A stretch of 63,539 nt of DNA, counting the filler, from Vannella sp. (lineage: Eukaryota): the NCBI GenBank assembly GCA_023345925.1. It is 7 parts of 7 records of this genome, joined end to end, with 100 filler letters (N's around TTAATTAATTAA, not from the genome) between each part and the next. Parts side by side here need not be neighbours in the genome. Positions count along the whole stretch, not along the records: positions 12,191 to 17,769 come from JAJQQN010000866.1; positions 17,870 to 22,675 come from JAJQQN010001411.1; positions 22,776 to 42,168 come from JAJQQN010001357.1; 4 more parts are not named here. One strand, written 5' to 3'. The notes beneath the pieces were generated by a model, which worked only from the letters and a program-made list of their open reading frames with translations, did not search any database and was not told the DNA's origin. Numbering within the stretch: the stretch's first letter is position 1; each line of letters starts with the position of its first letter. Shown in pieces: positions 12,924-24,150 of this stretch. The translations under genes and the position numbers were made by a program.

Positions 12924-13916
12924 TCATTCGTGATGGTGCTGAGAAGTTGGACGAATCCAAACTTCGCCAGAAGAGCTCAAGGCTGCTTCGGTGTCATTTG
13001 CTTGAAGAAAGGACCTCTGCATTTGGGTGGACTCGTGCTTGTGAGATGCAGAGTACATGTCATGAAGGCGATGGCTGGATAGCAGTTGCCGATTAGAGTC
13101 AAAGCACTGGATTAATAGAGTGTGCTTGATCTGGTTGGCAGATCTGGAGGGGGCGATGGGAAACACGTAAAAGAAGGCTTCGCTCTTGTTCACTAAGATT
13201 TGGATAACTGGTGCACTAACTTTGCTGTTGTTACGGAGAGACAATCCCAAGGAATAGGTTGAGGTGGATTCAAATTGAACTTGCACGAAGAAGATGGAAG
13301 GGTCGCATTGGGTCAGGGAGAACATTCGATGCTTTCCGATGCGGCTTGTGAGTGAAAAGGAAACGTTACTCTGCTCCCCATAAGGAGCCCGGTAACTTAG
13401 TTTCCAGAAGCAGCGAAGGATTGCGAAGGGCAAACAGGGCATTCCAAAAGTGTTCTCAATAGAGGAGCCGAAAGCCTCGGTACAGCCAACAATCGGCATC
13501 GGTTGGGGGGCGAAAGGGCAGCTTTCATCGTGAAGTTCGTCCATGAAAGAAAAGTTGCCCTTTGGCTCCCAACCGGGGCTAGGATGTTGTAGTAGGTCAG
13601 ACAAAGAGTCGGATCGGGCCCGTTTCCCGAGACTGGACTGTTCTTCGGGGAACATCTCCTCCCAGAGGGCTTGTTCACAAGGATCAATAGGAGACTGGGA
13701 GGGAGTGCCTGAACTAGAGAAGCTTTCCGTTGATCCTTCCGAAAGACCAGCAAACTGAGGAAGAGCAAGGGAAGGGGGCGGAGTGGAAACAGGGTGTCCT
13801 GCTAGGTTGGACGCGGCCTCATTGTCCATCTCGCTTGAAGTAGGTGAAGGTGGAAAGTCCATGGACGGGGCCTCATTGTCCGCCTCGCTTGAAGTAGGTG
13901 AAGGCGGAAAGTCCAT
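12924..13916 (-). CDS. Hypothetical intronless protein: Pro/Ser/acidic N-terminus and beta-rich C-terminal domain (possible transcription factor)
   Basis: About 330-aa ORF from ATG 13916; no family recognised with confidence. Confidence 0.7.
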   Translation of the reverse strand: MDFPPSPTSSEADNEAPSMDFPPSPTSSEMDNEAASNLAGHPVSTPPPSLALPQFAGLSEGSTESFSSSGTPSQSPIDPCEQALWEEMFPEEQSSLGKRARSDSLSDLLQHPSPGWEPKGNFSFMDELHDESCPFAPQPMPIVGCTEAFGSSIENTFGMPCLPFAILRCFWKLSYRAPYGEQSNVSFSLTSRIGKHRMFSLTQCDPSIFFVQVQFESTSTYSLGLSLRNNSKVSAPVIQILVNKSEAFFYVFPIAPSRSANQIKHTLLIQCFDSNRQLLSSHRLHDMYSASHKHESTQMQRSFLQANDTEAALSSSGEVWIRPTSQHHHE

Positions 13917-13918
13917 GG
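13815..13918 (-). repeat. 54-bp in-frame tandem duplication (MDFPPSPTSSExDNEA x2)
   Basis: Two near-identical copies, period 54. Confidence 0.95.
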
Positions 13919-14123
13919 CGGGGGGGAAATAATGAAAGGAAGGGGCCAACTAAAAGCCAGTCCTCCTTCCCCCTTGGTCATTGGTCAGATGTCCACCAGT
14001 AAAAACGAGGCGGTCACGTGATCCAATCTACTTTGGGCAGTTTACCAACTACAAGGGTTGAAGCAAAAGCGAATGAAGCACATGAGCCCAGTATATACCT
14101 CATTTGAATGGGGAGATGAGGAT

Positions 14124-15766
14124 TTAGTCGAGGGCGACGGTACGGGATGTGTCCATGTTGGGATCGATGGGGCTGACTGTTTGGTCCAGAATGAACAGAC
14201 AAACGAGGCCGATGATCATGAATGAGCATGTGATGACGACCAGGTAGGGATAAGGGACATAGGGCGAGTAGAAGAATGCCACAGCAGTGGATGAAGCTTG
14301 CAGGAACTTGAAACCTGCCCAAGGGAATCGTATGAGAAGCGGACCCAGAAGAAATGAAGGACCATCAACTCACCAGCAAAGTAGGGTTCTGCATTCTCCG
14401 TAAAGAAGCTTCCCAAGATCGCATAAAGCTGCGTGTTGTAAGCAGAGTCTCCATATCCGAAGAAGAGAGCGGTCACATAGAAGATCCACTGTCAAGCTAT
14501 CAGTATGCTACCTTAACCGCTCTTTCTGCTTACAATGAAAGTCTGATTGTCAGTCCCAATATCTTCGGATACGATGAATCCGGAAACTGAAGTGGCAAAC
14601 CCGATAAGCACAGAGATTGTGCCCAGGAAGATGATGAACCGTTTCCCCAAGCGCTTAGCTACCCATCCATTGGAGAGAGAACCTAAATAGGCTCGTCAGG
14701 GATGGAGCAAGAAAGGCAGGAAGGGAACGGACCAACACAATCGGCGACTCCGTACACGCTCATGACGAATCCGAGGTTGACTGGGCCATTGATGAGCCTA
14801 GTGAATGAACCGTAGAAGAGGGACTGGCTGAGACCAGAGTAGATGCTCACACAAACCAGGAACAAGAAAGTCTTGTCCCGGAAGACCAGAAGAACCTCCA
14901 GAATACGAGGAGCTGCCTTAATCTCACTTCCAGGCACCTCAATACGAGAGGGGATACGAATCGTCAAGAAGCAGAGCGTTCCCACGACAGACACGCACGT
15001 CAGGATGATGAAAAGGTACTTGGTTTCGATGACGGACAACAGCAAGGCCGCAAAGAGGTTCCCAAACACCAGGTTCATCATGAACAGACCAAAGAACTGA
15101 AGGGAAGTAAGTATGCGAAGGACAGAGCAGGAGGCCGTACGATCCCGCTGTTCAGGTCGATCGTGCTGGTCGTCGAGCAGCGGGCGAGGGTCACCTGGGC
15201 GATGTTCGATCAGTCTCTGTAGACGAATGGGTGATAAGCTTACTCCTTGAGCATTCCAGAGAATAGCAGCGCCTATACCAATGATAGCAGAGCAGGGGAG
15301 AAGAACCCATGGCTCAGGCCAGATGTTTGCGGCAATAAAGAGAGTGTAGCAAGCGCCACCCAGTACCAGAGAGAAGCTACCTTCTATGAGTCAAAGAAAA
15401 CAAGGACCCAAGCGGCTGTAACCACCCTCACCTGACTCCAATGAACCGAACGATGTGGGAAGAGAAGAAGTTGGAGAACGAGAAGAAGAAGTAGAGCAGA
15501 GACAAGCTCCAGAAGCCCAAGTCTCCATTCAAAGTCGTCTCAAAGGTCTACCTCCCCCAGACACGTGAGAAACCAAGAGAAAGAGCCGTCGCCCCCTCAA
15601 AACGGTACAGCCGACTCACCTGCGTGGTGTTGTACGAGAAGAACAGAAGGAAGAAGAAGAACCCCAACATCACCACTGTTACCATCCCCGATCGCTCCTT
15701 AGGAGCATCAGCAGCAAGGAAGGAGCTGGGCGTGTCGTCCCCGTTGATGGACTCGTAAAGAGCCAT
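14124..15766 (-). CDS. UNC-93-like MFS membrane protein (MFSD11-like)
   Basis: Multiple TM exons: FFSYNTTQ, LGFWSLSLLYFFF, FGYGDSAYNTQLYAILG, GFKFLQASSTAVAFFYS. Several short introns. Confidence 0.88.
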
Positions 15767-15864
15767 CTGGAAGGGCCGGGCGGGTACAGAATGAATCTTA
15801 ATTCATGTGCAATGACGATTGATATGTATTAGCAGAGTCAAAAGTCTCACCAGCCCAACAGGGA

Positions 15865-17597
15865 TTATGTGAGGGGGTCGTAGCCTGAGCCGGAGGTGGG
15901 ATTGTCGGCTCCTAGACGGCGAGAGTACATGCTCTCTAGGACTTGGTCTTTGTGTAAGGGCTGGAATTGAGGGTCGTTGGAGGGGAGGAGAGTGAAGCGG
16001 AGCATGTAACGGAACTGTGGCTTGTCTCTAAGGAAGTCTGGAAGAGTGATTTTGGCTGCCGCAGTGTCTAAAGCTGGTTAGGAGGGGAGTTTGAGGCATG
16101 AGACATACCAGTGGGCTGTACTAGATAGTGCTTAATCTGATTGACGTGGTTTCCGACGTAGGCGATGCCGATTTGACCTGAATGGCGCTCGGAGAATCGG
16201 AGGAGGAAAGTACCTGGTGCCTGGTCTGACAGTGCCATTTCTACTTCTTCTCTTGTTATGAAGCCATAAAGTAATCTACCATTGACCACAATGTCAACAA
16301 TCTCCCCTTCAATTGATTCACCACGAACCCTTCTTGCCAAAGTTGGCTCACGTGACGTTGATAACGCAGCACTTGAACGCATTTCCCATACCAGCTCCAA
16401 AAAGTGTCATATTCCCTCTGTGGGAAGATGGGATGCTTGCCCAGGAACTTATCATGAAGATAAGTCAAATCGTACTTTGAGAGACACCGAGTCGGACTCT
16501 GAGGGTCTTGTTTGGTAGCACGAATGAATTGGCGCTGTAAAGCATTAGCAAAGCGATTCCACGTGATATCTAGGTGCCCTCGGAAGGCATCCCGAAGGAG
16601 GAGAGTCCTCTCGCAGCCTTCAAACTGCTTTTGGTTGGTCATGACCACAAAAGGGGCAGTATTCTGTGCGCTCTCTAACGTTCCACTCATTTGCTGTCCC
16701 GATTGAAGCACCTGTATGTCCATACTAAAGCGGATCTCTGCAGCGTTCTTGCGAGAGCCCTCTAGGAAGATTAACGGGAACTTTGCCTTAAAGTGAGGAG
16801 CGTCCATGGGTTGGGTGTCATGGCGGATCAGCTGTTGTTCAGAGCGACCTTGGGAGCTCTCAACAATGACATTCGCCTTGACAGGCGAGCAGGTAATGAC
16901 CTTTGTAGTTGCCCCCGTCAACAGTTGGACCACTAAGTCGCCATCCGCAAGCTGTTGGTTCTTGCTGGGAACTTCTGGAAAGGGTTGGCCTGCTATAACA
17001 AGAGAAGCGATACTACAAGAGGGTCAGGAGGCCGCAAGTCCTTCACACACAGGAGGGAGGAGGCGGCATGGGGACGTACGGTGTGGTAGCGCGATGGCTG
17101 GCCAGTTGCTCTACCTCAGTGATAAACAGAAGTACTTGGTGTCTCTGTAACTGCAGTTCAATGTGGAGGTAGTCCACACGGTGAAGTTCTCCGGGAGTGA
17201 GGATGAGTTGTTCTTGGAGCAGGTCCAGGTCTCGTAGCTCGACTTCAATCTGTTGAAGGAGTTGCCTCTCTTCAGAGCACAGCGCCTCAAACATCTCCCG
17301 CGTGGGAGCTTGAAAGAGGGCGACTTGTTGTTCTCGAAGGATGCGAATCTGGTCCTTTTGGCGTGTCTGGATCTGTAAAAGGCCGTTGATAAGCTCTGTG
17401 GAAGAGTGGGCCATCTGTGGAGGGGGTGGGGGGAAGATAGAGTCGAACTCTTCAAAGTTCACCACCTCTCGCTCCACAAAGTCCGAGAACAACGAATCAC
17501 TATCACTGCCAAGTCCCTCTATCAGTACCCTATCATACCAAGGTCCTATAGGGCCTTACATATCATCGAGAATCTCATCAAGGTCGAACGGGTCCAT
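15865..17597 (-). CDS. STAT: STAT transcription factor, Dictyostelium-type (coiled coil, DNA-binding domain, SH2, C-terminal Tyr)
   Basis: Motifs ASLVIAGQPFP, FVVMTNQKQFEG, SH2 GFITREE...PGTFLLRFSER, C-terminal GYDPL. Introns 17506-17559, 17013-17079, ~16276-16328 and one near 16070-16108. Confidence 0.93.
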
Positions 17598-17769
17598 CTC
17601 CTCTTCGGAACAAATAAATGCCAATAAAAAAGCCCTTATGAATACAACGAATTTGTTTCGCATTCGGGTTATGAGTTGTTAGAGTCTCGCTCATGGAAAG
17701 GAGAAAATCCAAGAGTGAAGGGGAAGAGGGGGCAGAAGTAGTGAAAAATGAAATCAGCCCAAAAGCTTA

Positions 17770-17869
17770 NNNNNNNNNNNNNNNNNNNNNNNNNNNNNNN
17801 NNNNNNNNNNNNNTTAATTAATTAANNNNNNNNNNNNNNNNNNNNNNNNNNNNNNNNNNNNNNNNNNNN
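17770..17869. other. Artificial contig linker
   Basis: N-run with TTAATTAATTAA core. Confidence 0.99.
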
Positions 17870-20152
17870 AACGACTACGTCGTAGACATCCTCGTGGATG
17901 ACAATGCCAACCTGGAGGCTTTAGACGTTCATGGACGAACTCCCCTTCACGTCGCCTGCACAGAGGGCAAGGGGTACTGCGTAGATCTCCTCATTGCCAA
18001 CGGAGCTGAAGTTAACACATTCGATGGAAAGGGCCTGTCTCCCTTGCACCTTGCCGTGCTGAACGGGCAAATCGAAATTGTCAAGCTCCTTCTCGACGGC
18101 GCCGAGGTGGACAATGTGGACGAGGAGGGCAACGAAGTCCCCTTCCGCAATGCAGCACCTCCCAACATCAGAGACCTTCGACAAAGAACCTGCATGCATG
18201 CTGCTGCCGAACTTGGCGATGTCGTTCTCTGTGAGCTCCTGCATCAACGTGGAACAGACATCCATCTTCGTGACGATGAAGGACGGTCTGCTCTTCATTA
18301 CTGTGGGATGTGGAGCCAAGCGGGATGCGTGGATTGGTTCCTCATCAAGAACGTGGAAGTGGACGCCCGCGATCACTTAGAGCGCACATGCTTACATTAC
18401 GCCAGCTACTTTGGTAACTACCAAGTCGTCCACACACTACTTCGCCGAAGTGCTGATGTAAACGCCGTTGACATCAACGGAGATACTCCGCTTCTGTGCG
18501 CTCTTCACGAGTATGACAACAACGACAAATCAGAGATCATTCAACTTCTCTTGGAGTACGGGGCGAACCTCGCTCACTCCAACAAGTACGGTCGTAACCC
18601 GATTCACGTTTGCGCGTGTACTGGAGATGTGGAGACGCTCGAGCTACTTTTGGAAAAGTCCTGTAGCGAGGAAGTGACTTGGAACCTGTCAGAGGGCGAA
18701 GTGGACGTTGAGGCGATCATCAACATCCGAGACAACTTTGGCCTTACAGCTGTTCACATCGCTGCTGGCAATGCTCAATATGATATACTAGAGTACTTGA
18801 TTCAACAGGGAGCTAACCCTAACCTCTTGGACAAGGCCCAATGCTCTGCCCTGCACTGGGCTTGTAGGAGTGGCTCGATCGACTGTATTGATCTCCTAGT
18901 GCATCAGTTCCGCGTCAACACAACCTTCCGTGATACCCAAGGCCACTCTAGCTTATCTGTAGCTGCATTCTCGGGTGCTAAGGACTGCATCCGATCGCTG
19001 CTAGAGGCTGGACTATCCCCAATGGACCGAGACCGTGGAGGGCGTACTCCCCTTCACTTTGCTTGCTATAGCGGCCACACAGTGATCCTGAATATGTTCC
19101 TCGGCTCCTCTGACGTTCAATTGGACTACGTTTGTAACATGGGCCGAACCGCTCTTCACAGAGCTGCTGCTCGTGGCCACATCGACATTGTCCGCATTCT
19201 CCTCAACAACAAAGCGACTGTGGGTGCTTCAGATGCCAATGGCATGACTCCTCTGATGCTCGCAGCGTTTTACGGGCAACACGAGATGCTGGAGTGTCTG
19301 ATCGCAGAAGGCGCCTCGAAAACAGCAACGGACAAGAAAGGAAGAACTTATCTTCATTACCAAGCCAAAGGAGACAAGCTACGCGTGGATCAGCAACCAG
19401 AGGTGCCCCTTCCTCGAAGCACAATCACATTACAAGATTCCCTGGAGCTTTTGGCTCAAGGCGGTAGCGACAAAGAAGAGGATGAAGAGACAGAAGAGAT
19501 TTCTGATGAACCTGAGGATGAGAGTGCGGAAGGGGATGACGAAGTCGTGTCAGAGCCTGAAAGCGATCCAAGAGAATGCCCCCCAGTGCCAGAGACTCCC
19601 GCTCCATCTGACATGATTGCCGTGGAGGAGGAGAAAGAAGAAGTATTGCCTGAGGTGCCAGTGACACAGGAGAAAGAACTTCCGACGATTCCTCCGACTG
19701 TCGAGAAGGAATTGGAGGTAGAAGACCCGAAGGACATTCATCCAGCGGATGATCCACACACAACGGAACAACAAGAGCGCGTCCCCACGGATCTGAGTCC
19801 TCGAGCGACCAAAGCCACTGAAGATGAAGAGGATACCCTTTCTGATGAAGATGGTGAGGCTCCTCAAGTCACGATACCCACATCCCCTTTGAAGCCTGAA
19901 GTTCCAGTTGTGGAACTTCCAATCGCCCCTGAAGAGCCGAAGGAGCCTTCACAACGTTCCATTCCAACGAAGGTCGTTAAACTCACACAAGAGGAGCCCA
20001 AGGCCAGTCAAGAGCCCTCCTCAGAGAGCGTAGACGACCGAACAGAAGGCGAAGAACCACAAGCTCCGTCAGGCATCCGCGGTGTCCTGTTCGGTTGGAT
20101 TGTCAACCTGTTCCCGTCCCTTTCCTTCCTGTTTGGTACCCGCCGCCCTTAA
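17870..20152 (+). CDS. Ankyrin-repeat protein (5'-partial) with acidic/Pro-rich region and a hydrophobic C-terminal tail
   Basis: More than 10 GxTPLHxA-type ankyrin repeats; ends GVLFGWIVNLFPSLSFLFGTRRP. Confidence 0.9.
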   Translation, partial: NDYVVDILVDDNANLEALDVHGRTPLHVACTEGKGYCVDLLIANGAEVNTFDGKGLSPLHLAVLNGQIEIVKLLLDGAEVDNVDEEGNEVPFRNAAPPNIRDLRQRTCMHAAAELGDVVLCELLHQRGTDIHLRDDEGRSALHYCGMWSQAGCVDWFLIKNVEVDARDHLERTCLHYASYFGNYQVVHTLLRRSADVNAVDINGDTPLLCALHEYDNNDKSEIIQLLLEYGANLAHSNKYGRNPIHVCACTGDVETLELLLEKSCSEEVTWNLSEGEVDVEAIINIRDNFGLTAVHIAAGNAQYDILEYLIQQGANPNLLDKAQCSALHWACRSGSIDCIDLLVHQFRVNTTFRDTQGHSSLSVAAFSGAKDCIRSLLEAGLSPMDRDRGGRTPLHFACYSGHTVILNMFLGSSDVQLDYVCNMGRTALHRAAARGHIDIVRILLNNKATVGASDANGMTPLMLAAFYGQHEMLECLIAEGASKTATDKKGRTYLHYQAKGDKLRVDQQPEVPLPRSTITLQDSLELLAQGGSDKEEDEETEEISDEPEDESAEGDDEVVSEPESDPRECPPVPETPAPSDMIAVEEEKEEVLPEVPVTQEKELPTIPPTVEKELEVEDPKDIHPADDPHTTEQQERVPTDLSPRATKATEDEEDTLSDEDGEAPQVTIPTSPLKPEVPVVELPIAPEEPKEPSQRSIPTKVVKLTQEEPKASQEPSSESVDDRTEGEEPQAPSGIRGVLFGWIVNLFPSLSFLFGTRRP

Positions 20153-20303
20153 TCCGGAATCCAATCATTCTGTATCAATTGTATTGCGAATAAAGGGAGA
20201 CCTCCTTCTTCGAGTCTTCGTCATAATGACGGAAAGTTTCGTGGGCCTCTCCCATTGGGCCATTGGGGAGCCTCCATTTCTCCTTGCTCTTCCCGTCTCG
20301 TAC

Positions 20304-21919
20304 ATGGATACCGTGCTAACTCCAAGTCCTCATCCTCCTGCGATTGTTAAGGAGGAGAGGGACAACGTGTACAAGGACGCGAGCAGCCCGGACTCTGACT
20401 TAAGCGAGACTGTTAGCGTTACCTTTACCGTGGATGACCGTGTGGGCATGTTGAAGGAGGTGCTGGAGGTATTCGCTGCCAATGGTATCTCTTTGGCCAC
20501 TTTGGAATCGCGCCCAGGTGCAACGAGCTCGTGCTACGACTTCTTTGTCCAATTCAAGAGAGGCAAAAGCCTTGCCACCAAGAAGGCTCTGGCTGATCTC
20601 GAGGGATTAGAGAGCTGTAGAAGCATCTTGGCTCTAAGTGCCGCAAAAGGTGAGGGAACCTGGTTGTGGAGTGGTTCCCCGGACTGGGACTAATCTGATC
20701 ACAGGACAGACGCCCTGGTTCCCTCAGAGAATCTCAGATCTTGATCTGTTCACTCACAAGACACTCGCATTTGGTGCAGAACTCGATGCTGATCATCCAG
20801 GGTTCAACGATCCCGAATACCGAACCAGACGCAATCACATCACCGAGATTGCTCGCGACTACAAGTAGTACGTGGTCCTTTCACAGAGAGAAACCACTGA
20901 CCTTATTAGTGGTCAACCCATCCCCACAGTGGAGTACCTGCAGTCGGAAATCGAGACTTGGGGAGTGGTTTATCGGAAGCTCAAGGAGCTTTATCCGACC
21001 CACGCTTGCCGCCAGTTCAACCACATCTTTCCCTTGTTAGAGGAGAACTGTGGCTATTCTCCCGATAACATCCCGCAGCTGAATGACGTCTCTCGCTTCC
21101 TCAAGGGTAAGAAGTCTCCTTGGAAGACAGAAAAGGAGTGTTTGACCACCGAGAAGAGTGCACGGGGTGGACCCTTCGACCTGTTTCGGGACTTCTTTCA
21201 GCGCGTGACTTCCTGAATGGCCTGGCCTTCCGTGTGTTCCACTCTACCCAGTACATTCGCCATGCGTCCAAGCCCTTTTACACTCCCGAGCCGTACGTTT
21301 GCTCTGAATCGCACTCCCTTCCCTTCTGATGAGAGCAGAGATGTGTGTCACGAGCTTTTGGGTCATGTCCCGCTCTTTGCGGACCCCGAGTTCGCCTCGT
21401 TCTCTCAAGAGATTGGTTTGGCTTCGTTGGGTGCTTCTGATGAAGACTTGGACAAGCTGGCCACGGTAAGGATCTTCTTAATCTGGAAGATAGCTCCTGA
21501 CAAGGTTGTAGTGCTACTGGTTCACTGTGGAGTACGGGCTTTGCAAGCAAAAGGGAGATAACGGTCAAGATGAAGTCCGCGCCTTTGGTGCAGGCTTGCT
21601 CTCCTCCTTTGGAGAATTGGAGTACTGTCTCACTGACAAGCCATCCCTTCTTTCCTTTGTCCCTGCGGACACAGCTGTAACCTCCTACCCCATCACCCAG
21701 TACCAGCCCAAGTACTTTGTGGCAGATTCCTTTGAGGGCGCCAAGCGCCAGCTTCAGGACTTTGCGAGCACATTCTCCCGTCCCTTTGAGCTGTACTACA
21801 ACCCCATCACCCAATGCGTGGAGAAGTTGGACTCCGTGGAGAAGATTGCCAAGTTGGCTTCCTCCCTTCAGCAGCAACTGGCCATCGTTACCAATGCTCT
21901 CTCCCGGTTTAGTCGCTAA
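20304..21919 (+). CDS. PAH: Phenylalanine 4-hydroxylase (ACT domain + biopterin-dependent aromatic amino acid hydroxylase)
   Basis: Motifs [62 protein letters not shown]. Five short introns. Confidence 0.95.
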
Positions 21920-21965
21920 CATGAACGCATTGTCATCCTCTCTCGCTCCCCTTTCGTCTCTGCAG

Positions 21966-22675
21966 TCAGGTTCGAGAAGGCACCAGGGCGAGGATGCGGA
22001 GATGTGCCTCAAAGAGGTACTCAAGGCATTCCAACTGGGTCTTTGCGTTCTCCCAAGAGTCAGCCCATATGAAGATGCCGTGTCTTCGAACTAAGACTGC
22101 CGGAGCATCAGGATAAGCGGCCAATGCTGTAGAGGTGGGATTTAGGAACTTTGAAGGGAAGCTTTGATGCGCCTCTTACCTTCAGAAAGAGACTCTTCTA
22201 GCTGAGCTTCGCTAGGTTGGTTCTCAATGATAGGAATGACCAACTCGTCTTCGTTTCCAAGAGGAGGGAGTCCTTTGATCATCTCCATGTCCCGGATTCG
22301 GAACTCCTTGGCACATGTGATAGTGCAAAGCATTGCATTCATACTGTGCGTATGGATGATGGTCCTTGCATTCCTCTCCCTGAAGGGCTGTTAGATCAAG
22401 AAGGAAGGGACATGATCGATCGTGCCTACTTTACGATCAGGAAGAACAGGGGTAAGCAAGACGATACTTTTGAGGAGAGATCACTTTCAGGAGCCTTTAA
22501 AGTCTCCTTGGTATCACAGGAGAAAGCAAACAAATGGTTCTCAGAAAGAGTTTCCTTCTGAACAGCAGAAGGCGTGACTAGCAGTGCTCCGCTACCATTC
22601 CGGTGAGCCCGAAGGTCACTCTTCAATCAATGCGCACCTAATCACCATAGCCATAGCCCCACCCGTCCCTGTCAT
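21966..22675 (-). CDS. APIP: Methylthioribulose-1-phosphate dehydratase (APIP/MtnB, class II aldolase), 5'-partial
   Basis: Motifs [49 protein letters not shown]. Confidence 0.92.
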
Positions 22676-22775
22676 NNNNNNNNNNNNNNNNNNNNNNNNN
22701 NNNNNNNNNNNNNNNNNNNTTAATTAATTAANNNNNNNNNNNNNNNNNNNNNNNNNNNNNNNNNNNNNNNNNNNN
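22676..22775. other. Artificial contig linker
   Basis: N-run with TTAATTAATTAA core. Confidence 0.99.
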
Positions 22776-22809
22776 CACGAAAGAGTTTGACCATTTTCTG
22801 TCACTTTTC

Positions 22810-23466
22810 ATGGCCAACGACGAAGCAGCAGGAGCTGAAGTGGTCCTAGAAGCTACGGACGGTGCAGCTCCAGCAGCTCGTTCGTTCCGCGTGAGTCGCT
22901 TCGAGGGATACAAGAACGGGTTCTTTTTGCCTTTCTTTTGCTGTCTCATGTTGTTGTTCTGGATCACTTGTGGGTTTGCTGGCATTTGCCTGTGTCCTTT
23001 CTGTTGCTGCCTCTTAATCTTGATGGTTGCCCCCTCAGACACAATCGAGTTCAATAACGAAACGAGAATGCTCGTGTCACATTCGTACCCGCCCGTGGAG
23101 TACGAAAGAGTGCGCATGGAAGCGATGTACTTTCCCGTTTCACACACTGTACATGTTTACATCTTCCTTGACGATGTGAAGCCTCTTCCCTTCCGCAGGG
23201 GAGTCCGCTGGTTGTTGCACTCGCCTCGTATCCAGGACCCCAAGTTTGAATTGCCCATGCGAGGGAGTGGACCAAATGCAGACGTGAAAGCACTCCGAGA
23301 AATGATGGATGACGTATCTACCTTCACGGGGATTCCGGTAAAACAGCCAGAAGACGTCTCTTGGGAGCAAATCGAGATGTATATGCTTGAGGAGGTCAAT
23401 GCGGGGAAAAGCCTTGTGGAGGTGAGACCCGTCTGGGACCCGAATGAGAAGAAATCAAGACGCTAA
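22810..23466 (+). CDS. Hypothetical membrane protein with a Cys-rich hydrophobic segment
   Basis: 218-aa intronless ORF; segment FFLPFFCCLMLLFWITCGFAGICLCPFCCCLLIL. Confidence 0.75.
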   Translation: MANDEAAGAEVVLEATDGAAPAARSFRVSRFEGYKNGFFLPFFCCLMLLFWITCGFAGICLCPFCCCLLILMVAPSDTIEFNNETRMLVSHSYPPVEYERVRMEAMYFPVSHTVHVYIFLDDVKPLPFRRGVRWLLHSPRIQDPKFELPMRGSGPNADVKALREMMDDVSTFTGIPVKQPEDVSWEQIEMYMLEEVNAGKSLVEVRPVWDPNEKKSRR

Positions 23467-23611
23467 GAATGATAAATGTCCGGAAATTGACCGCCCCTTC
23501 ATCAGACAAGCTTTTCGGGCTAACTCTCGTAGGCACACCGAAGGTCACGTGATCCTTTTGCGTCCGAAAGCCCCTGAGGTCACGGAGGAAGGGGATGTCA
23601 AGGAGAGAGGA

Positions 23612-23909
23612 CCTTCTTCCTTGATGATGTGGAACTCTTCCCTTCCGCAGAGGAGTCAGATGGATGATCCACGGGCCTCGCATGCAGGATCCCAAGTTCG
23701 AATTGCATTGGATGGCAGATTCAGAGAGACGTCATTCAAGCGTTGGGTATCGGAAAACGACGGAGGAGATATCCGCCTTCACAGGGATTCCGGTACAACT
23801 GCCAGAGAAGCTCTGCTGGGAGTCAATCAACAGGAAAGTGAAGAAGGAGGTCTCGGCTTTCCGCGGTCTTGTGGAACCGAGACCTGTCTGGGACCCAAAT
23901 GAGAAGTAG
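23612..23909 (+). pseudogene. Frameshifted partial tandem duplicate of the 3' half of 22810-23466
   Basis: DNA and protein similarity (QDPKFEL, FTGIPV, RPVWDPNEK); a 1-nt deletion near 23635 breaks the frame. Confidence 0.8.
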
Positions 23910-24150
23910 CCAAGACGCTGAGCTATTTCGGACTCTCTCACATGGTGGGCACACTCAACCTGATGTGGAGGTCATATAAACCCGCCAAAAGGATCACCAG
24001 TTGATGTTTCTGTGAGCTCCTTCTCTCTTAAGCGCGTCCTCATTGAACCGAATGCTTCTGTCCTCCTCACTGCTTCCTTTCTTGAGGACTAATGCCTGGA
24101 ATAAGCAGTCTGGCGCTCGATATCCGCTTCCTTCCCCAACGTTTGACAGT

